In this document: positions 37,684 through 40,333 of the stretch, in pieces | How positions within the stretch are numbered: position 1 is the first letter of the stretch | Layout of the letters: the number at the start of each line of letters is the position of its first letter | DNA from: a virus | Lineage: Duplodnaviria > Caudoviricetes | Strand: one strand, 5' to 3' | DNA: 40,333 nt | IMG/VR virus record: IMGVR_UViG_3300044217_003911 | Location: 1-40,333 of that record | Notes under the pieces: generated by a model | The model's input: the letters and a program-made list of their open reading frames with translations, nothing else | Databases searched by the model: none | What the model was told of the DNA's origin: nothing | Program-made: the position numbers and the translations under genes

Positions 37684-37911
37684 TTAAGAGCGGTGGCGGA
37701 CCACATCAGCGGCCCGCTCAAGATCGTTGATCAGGGCCGAGAGGCTGTCAGCCCGCCCTTGCAGGCGATACAGCTCGACTTGGTTCGGTGAGGCCTCGAG
37801 CTTGTCCCGGACCTGCTCCCGGCGCGCCCGCAAATCCTCGAGGTAGGTTTTGCCTTCCGGGCTCTGGGAGATTGCTGCTAGCGCCTTCCAGCGTTTCACC
37901 TCGCTGTCCAT
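37684..37911 (-). CDS. Small conserved phage protein after portal
   Basis: 75 aa; AAGGAG RBS; LYRLQGRA motif. Confidence 0.75.
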   Translation of the reverse strand: MDSEVKRWKALAAISQSPEGKTYLEDLRARREQVRDKLEASPNQVELYRLQGRADSLSALINDLERAADVVRHRS

Positions 37912-40078
37912 CGAAATCTCCTTGGATTTTGGCCAGGATCTCGGCGATCTCGGCGATCAGTTTCTGCAGCTCAGCCGGCGCCATTTCCTCCAATCGCTGG
38001 GTTTCGGCGCGGGTATGTTGGGCTTCAGCCTGAGTCTTCTGCATGTTGGCCTGAACCCCTTGAGCATCGGCGCCATACTTCTCGGCCCGGCTTTCGCGCT
38101 CGGCGACCTCGGCCTGTTCCTTGGCGATCTGGAGCTTCTGCCTGGCCTGCTCTACCTGGCTCTGCTGGGCGCTTTGCTGCTCCATCTGTTCCTTGGTGGG
38201 CAGCAGGTCGGGCATATCCAGCCGCTCGGCGATGGAGTCGAGCAGCCGACGGCGGCCTTCCTGACCGAGAATCTGCATGTCGTAGTCGTTGGCGGTCATC
38301 TGCAGGAAGTCGTTGCGAAGCTGTTGAGTCTGCTCGCGGATGAGCATGGCGCTTGAGCCTCGCGGCACCACAGCAACATCGCCTTTGATCGATTCGTCGT
38401 CGTTGTACTGCATGTTATGGAGCCATAGCCCTTCGATGACCCGACGGATCACCCCTCGGTCGATATGGCGTATAGCGTCCTTGATGCCCTTGTTTGCCGA
38501 CTCCATCAGCATGGACAGGCCCTGGGCCGTTTCGCCGGCGCCGCTAACATCTTGGTTGCCGTAGACATAGCGGGGAATGTTGGTGGCATCGTCCGCCTTC
38601 TGCTCGAAAGCCTCGTAGACGCTCAGCAGCTCAGCAGCGTTGCTGGTCGGCTGGTAGAAATTAAGCGCCCGGTTATTGCTGGCCAAGTTGCTGTCCCGGG
38701 TGCGCCATACCTTCCATGGAAAAATGTCGTCGACGTCTTCCATGGGGTCCAAGCGATCCACATAGGCCTCAACCTGAGGGCCAGAAGATATCGCCAGGTT
38801 GTTCACGAGACCGCGTGCCGTCGCATTGCAGACGTCCTGTATGTCGCCCATCAGCTCAGGGATACCAGTGCCCCAGAACGACCCTGGCACCGGTTGAAAG
38901 CTGGCCTTGTTATGGGGCCGCCGTTCCAGCGGGTCGCGGTTGATCTTGGCGCGGATGACGTACTCACCGATGAGGATCGCTTCGATCTCGTACTCACCTA
39001 AAGGATCATCGATTTCGTCAGGGCTCATGCCCCACTGCAGCAGGGTGGTTCCCTGGGCACTGCCCCAGTAGATAAGACCGTCGATGGTCTCGCCCGGGGT
39101 CATCCATTCATGGTCACGACCCTCGAGTCGATCCCGCTCACTGTCGCCCCATAGCCAGTTTCTCAGGCCACCCTGGCCGTAATCTTTGAGAACCTCCCGG
39201 ATGCTCTTCTCGTCATACCCAGGGACGCCGATCATCTGAGTCAGCTGGGCGCGGGTGAAGCGTGCTCGCTCAATCAGGAATGAACCGTCATCGACACCGG
39301 TGGAGTCCGGACTGGGATAGAGGTCAAACGGCGAAACCCGAACAAACTCCGGGCGGATGGTCGACCCCTTGACGGGCCTCCAGCCCTCTAACCACTCGAG
39401 GGTCGGCACGCGGCGCAGTACCGGAGCGCGAATAAAGGCCGCCGGGTAGGTGACGAAGTCCTCCACGAACCCTTCTAGGGCGTCTTCCCAACCGCCTTCA
39501 GCGAGCTGATCATCGATCAACTCTTCGTGTTTTTCGGCTGCCTTCTTGGCGCGATCCTGTGCGGCCTGGCGAAGCTTTTCGCGCGACTTCTCGACTATCT
39601 CCTCCATGTCGACCTGCTGCCCCTGCTCCCTGAGCTGCTGGGCCTGGGCCTGGATCTGGTCGGCCAGCGGCCTAAGATAGGCGTCGGGCACGTCGGCGAT
39701 CGGGGTCGGGTCGAGCCCCCAGGGACGCTCGTTTGTCGGCATCAAGATGTCACGAATCCAGGCCGCAGCCGCGCGGCACTTGGTGGTCGTGATCATCATG
39801 AAGACCTCGGACCCGCCTTCCTTCCTGATAGCCGCCCTTTTCTCGGCGCTGTACTCACCCTTGCGGCGGCGCAGGCAGTCAAGCAGACGCTCGTGTACGT
39901 CTTCCTTGGCAGCTCGAGCGCCCTCCCAGGCGCGGCGGATATGGGCACCAAGGGATGACTCGACCAGCTCACGACGGCGCTCCTGCTCGGCCATCATCTG
40001 CTGTTCCTGCTCCTCTTCCTTGAGGCTCGAAGCGCTTCGGAACTGCAATAGCCCCAGGTCCTTAGCCATGCTGCGCAC
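37748..40078 (-). CDS. Portal protein
   Basis: 776 aa; RVSPFDLYPSP, SFWGTGIPELM, ETAQGLSMLM, Q-rich C-terminal barrel region; first head gene in the window. Confidence 0.88.
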   Translation of the reverse strand: MRSMAKDLGLLQFRSASSLKEEEQEQQMMAEQERRRELVESSLGAHIRRAWEGARAAKEDVHERLLDCLRRRKGEYSAEKRAAIRKEGGSEVFMMITTTKCRAAAAWIRDILMPTNERPWGLDPTPIADVPDAYLRPLADQIQAQAQQLREQGQQVDMEEIVEKSREKLRQAAQDRAKKAAEKHEELIDDQLAEGGWEDALEGFVEDFVTYPAAFIRAPVLRRVPTLEWLEGWRPVKGSTIRPEFVRVSPFDLYPSPDSTGVDDGSFLIERARFTRAQLTQMIGVPGYDEKSIREVLKDYGQGGLRNWLWGDSERDRLEGRDHEWMTPGETIDGLIYWGSAQGTTLLQWGMSPDEIDDPLGEYEIEAILIGEYVIRAKINRDPLERRPHNKASFQPVPGSFWGTGIPELMGDIQDVCNATARGLVNNLAISSGPQVEAYVDRLDPMEDVDDIFPWKVWRTRDSNLASNNRALNFYQPTSNAAELLSVYEAFEQKADDATNIPRYVYGNQDVSGAGETAQGLSMLMESANKGIKDAIRHIDRGVIRRVIEGLWLHNMQYNDDESIKGDVAVVPRGSSAMLIREQTQQLRNDFLQMTANDYDMQILGQEGRRRLLDSIAERLDMPDLLPTKEQMEQQSAQQSQVEQARQKLQIAKEQAEVAERESRAEKYGADAQGVQANMQKTQAEAQHTRAETQRLEEMAPAELQKLIAEIAEILAKIQGDFDGQRGETLEGASSNLPEPGRQNLPRGFAGAPGAGPGQARGLTEPSRAVSPARAG

Positions 40079-40313
40079 CCTCCGTCAACGCCTTGTAGAT
40101 TGCTCGGTTGGCGTTGGTATGGTCACGGCGACGGCGCGACATATTGCGTTGCATCGGCGGCAACTGAGAGAAAAGGTTCTTGGTGTAGCCGCCCGGATCC
40201 TCCAGAAACTCCAGGAACTTGATCGTCAGAGTCACCCCCATATTGCCCTCGATATCGAAGACCAATCGCATGCCGGGCTCTGGCTTACTCGGCTTCTCCT
40301 GGATCACGATCAT
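40062..40313 (-). CDS. Hypothetical phage protein upstream of portal
   Basis: ORF ends overlapping the portal RBS (GGAGG); its start may lie further upstream. Confidence 0.55.
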   Translation of the reverse strand: MIVIQEKPSKPEPGMRLVFDIEGNMGVTLTIKFLEFLEDPGGYTKNLFSQLPPMQRNMSRRRRDHTNANRAIYKALTEGAQHG

Positions 40314-40333
40314 GTCAATCTGGACCGGTCTTT

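Larger units (their letters stand above)
13380..40333 (-). mobile_element. Podovirus-like prophage, late (virion) region; continues beyond the window
   Basis: Co-oriented portal, scaffold, capsid, adaptor, tail and ejection genes; no tape measure, sheath or tube; bounded by the tRNA fragment and gtgaca/gtcac arm-like repeats at ~13500-13585. Confidence 0.92.

Noticed and set aside
14401-39958. Long plus-strand ORFs antisense to prophage genes (e.g. 16651-17364, 21625-22383, 34508-35536)
   Set aside because: Antisense shadows caused by codon bias; no recognisable motifs.

Overview
This looks like a gammaproteobacterial chromosome segment (Halomonas-like by gene style; not verified). Three probable host genes (1-2704) are followed by two mobile elements integrated in tandem at one tRNA-Ser(TGA) locus. 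(1) A ~10.5-kb island (2887-13397) is bounded by an 18-bp repeat of the tRNA 3' end. It carries a tyrosine integrase, a MarR-type wHTH regulator, a serine resolvase with its res site, RNase H, an orphan T7-gp14-like ejection protein, four truncated antirepressor domains and two lower-GC candidate defence genes. (2) A podovirus-like prophage (13380 to beyond the window end) is inserted at the anticodon loop; its portal, scaffold, capsid, tail and ejection genes end in a 3269-aa LPD38-type polyvalent protein. The most striking observation is inside that giant gene. Enzyme-like modules (InPase, HExxH peptidase, HhH-glycosylase-like, GNAT-like, HDxxGH) are mostly separated by a recurring D-x(1-2)-R-Y-(S/R) linker. 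Two small same-strand, +1-frame ORFs with their own Shine-Dalgarno sites are overprinted on the Arg/Gly-rich linkers between modules. I infer a virion-delivered effector polyprotein with nested inhibitor/immunity genes. All family assignments come from motif recognition by eye; no database search was run.
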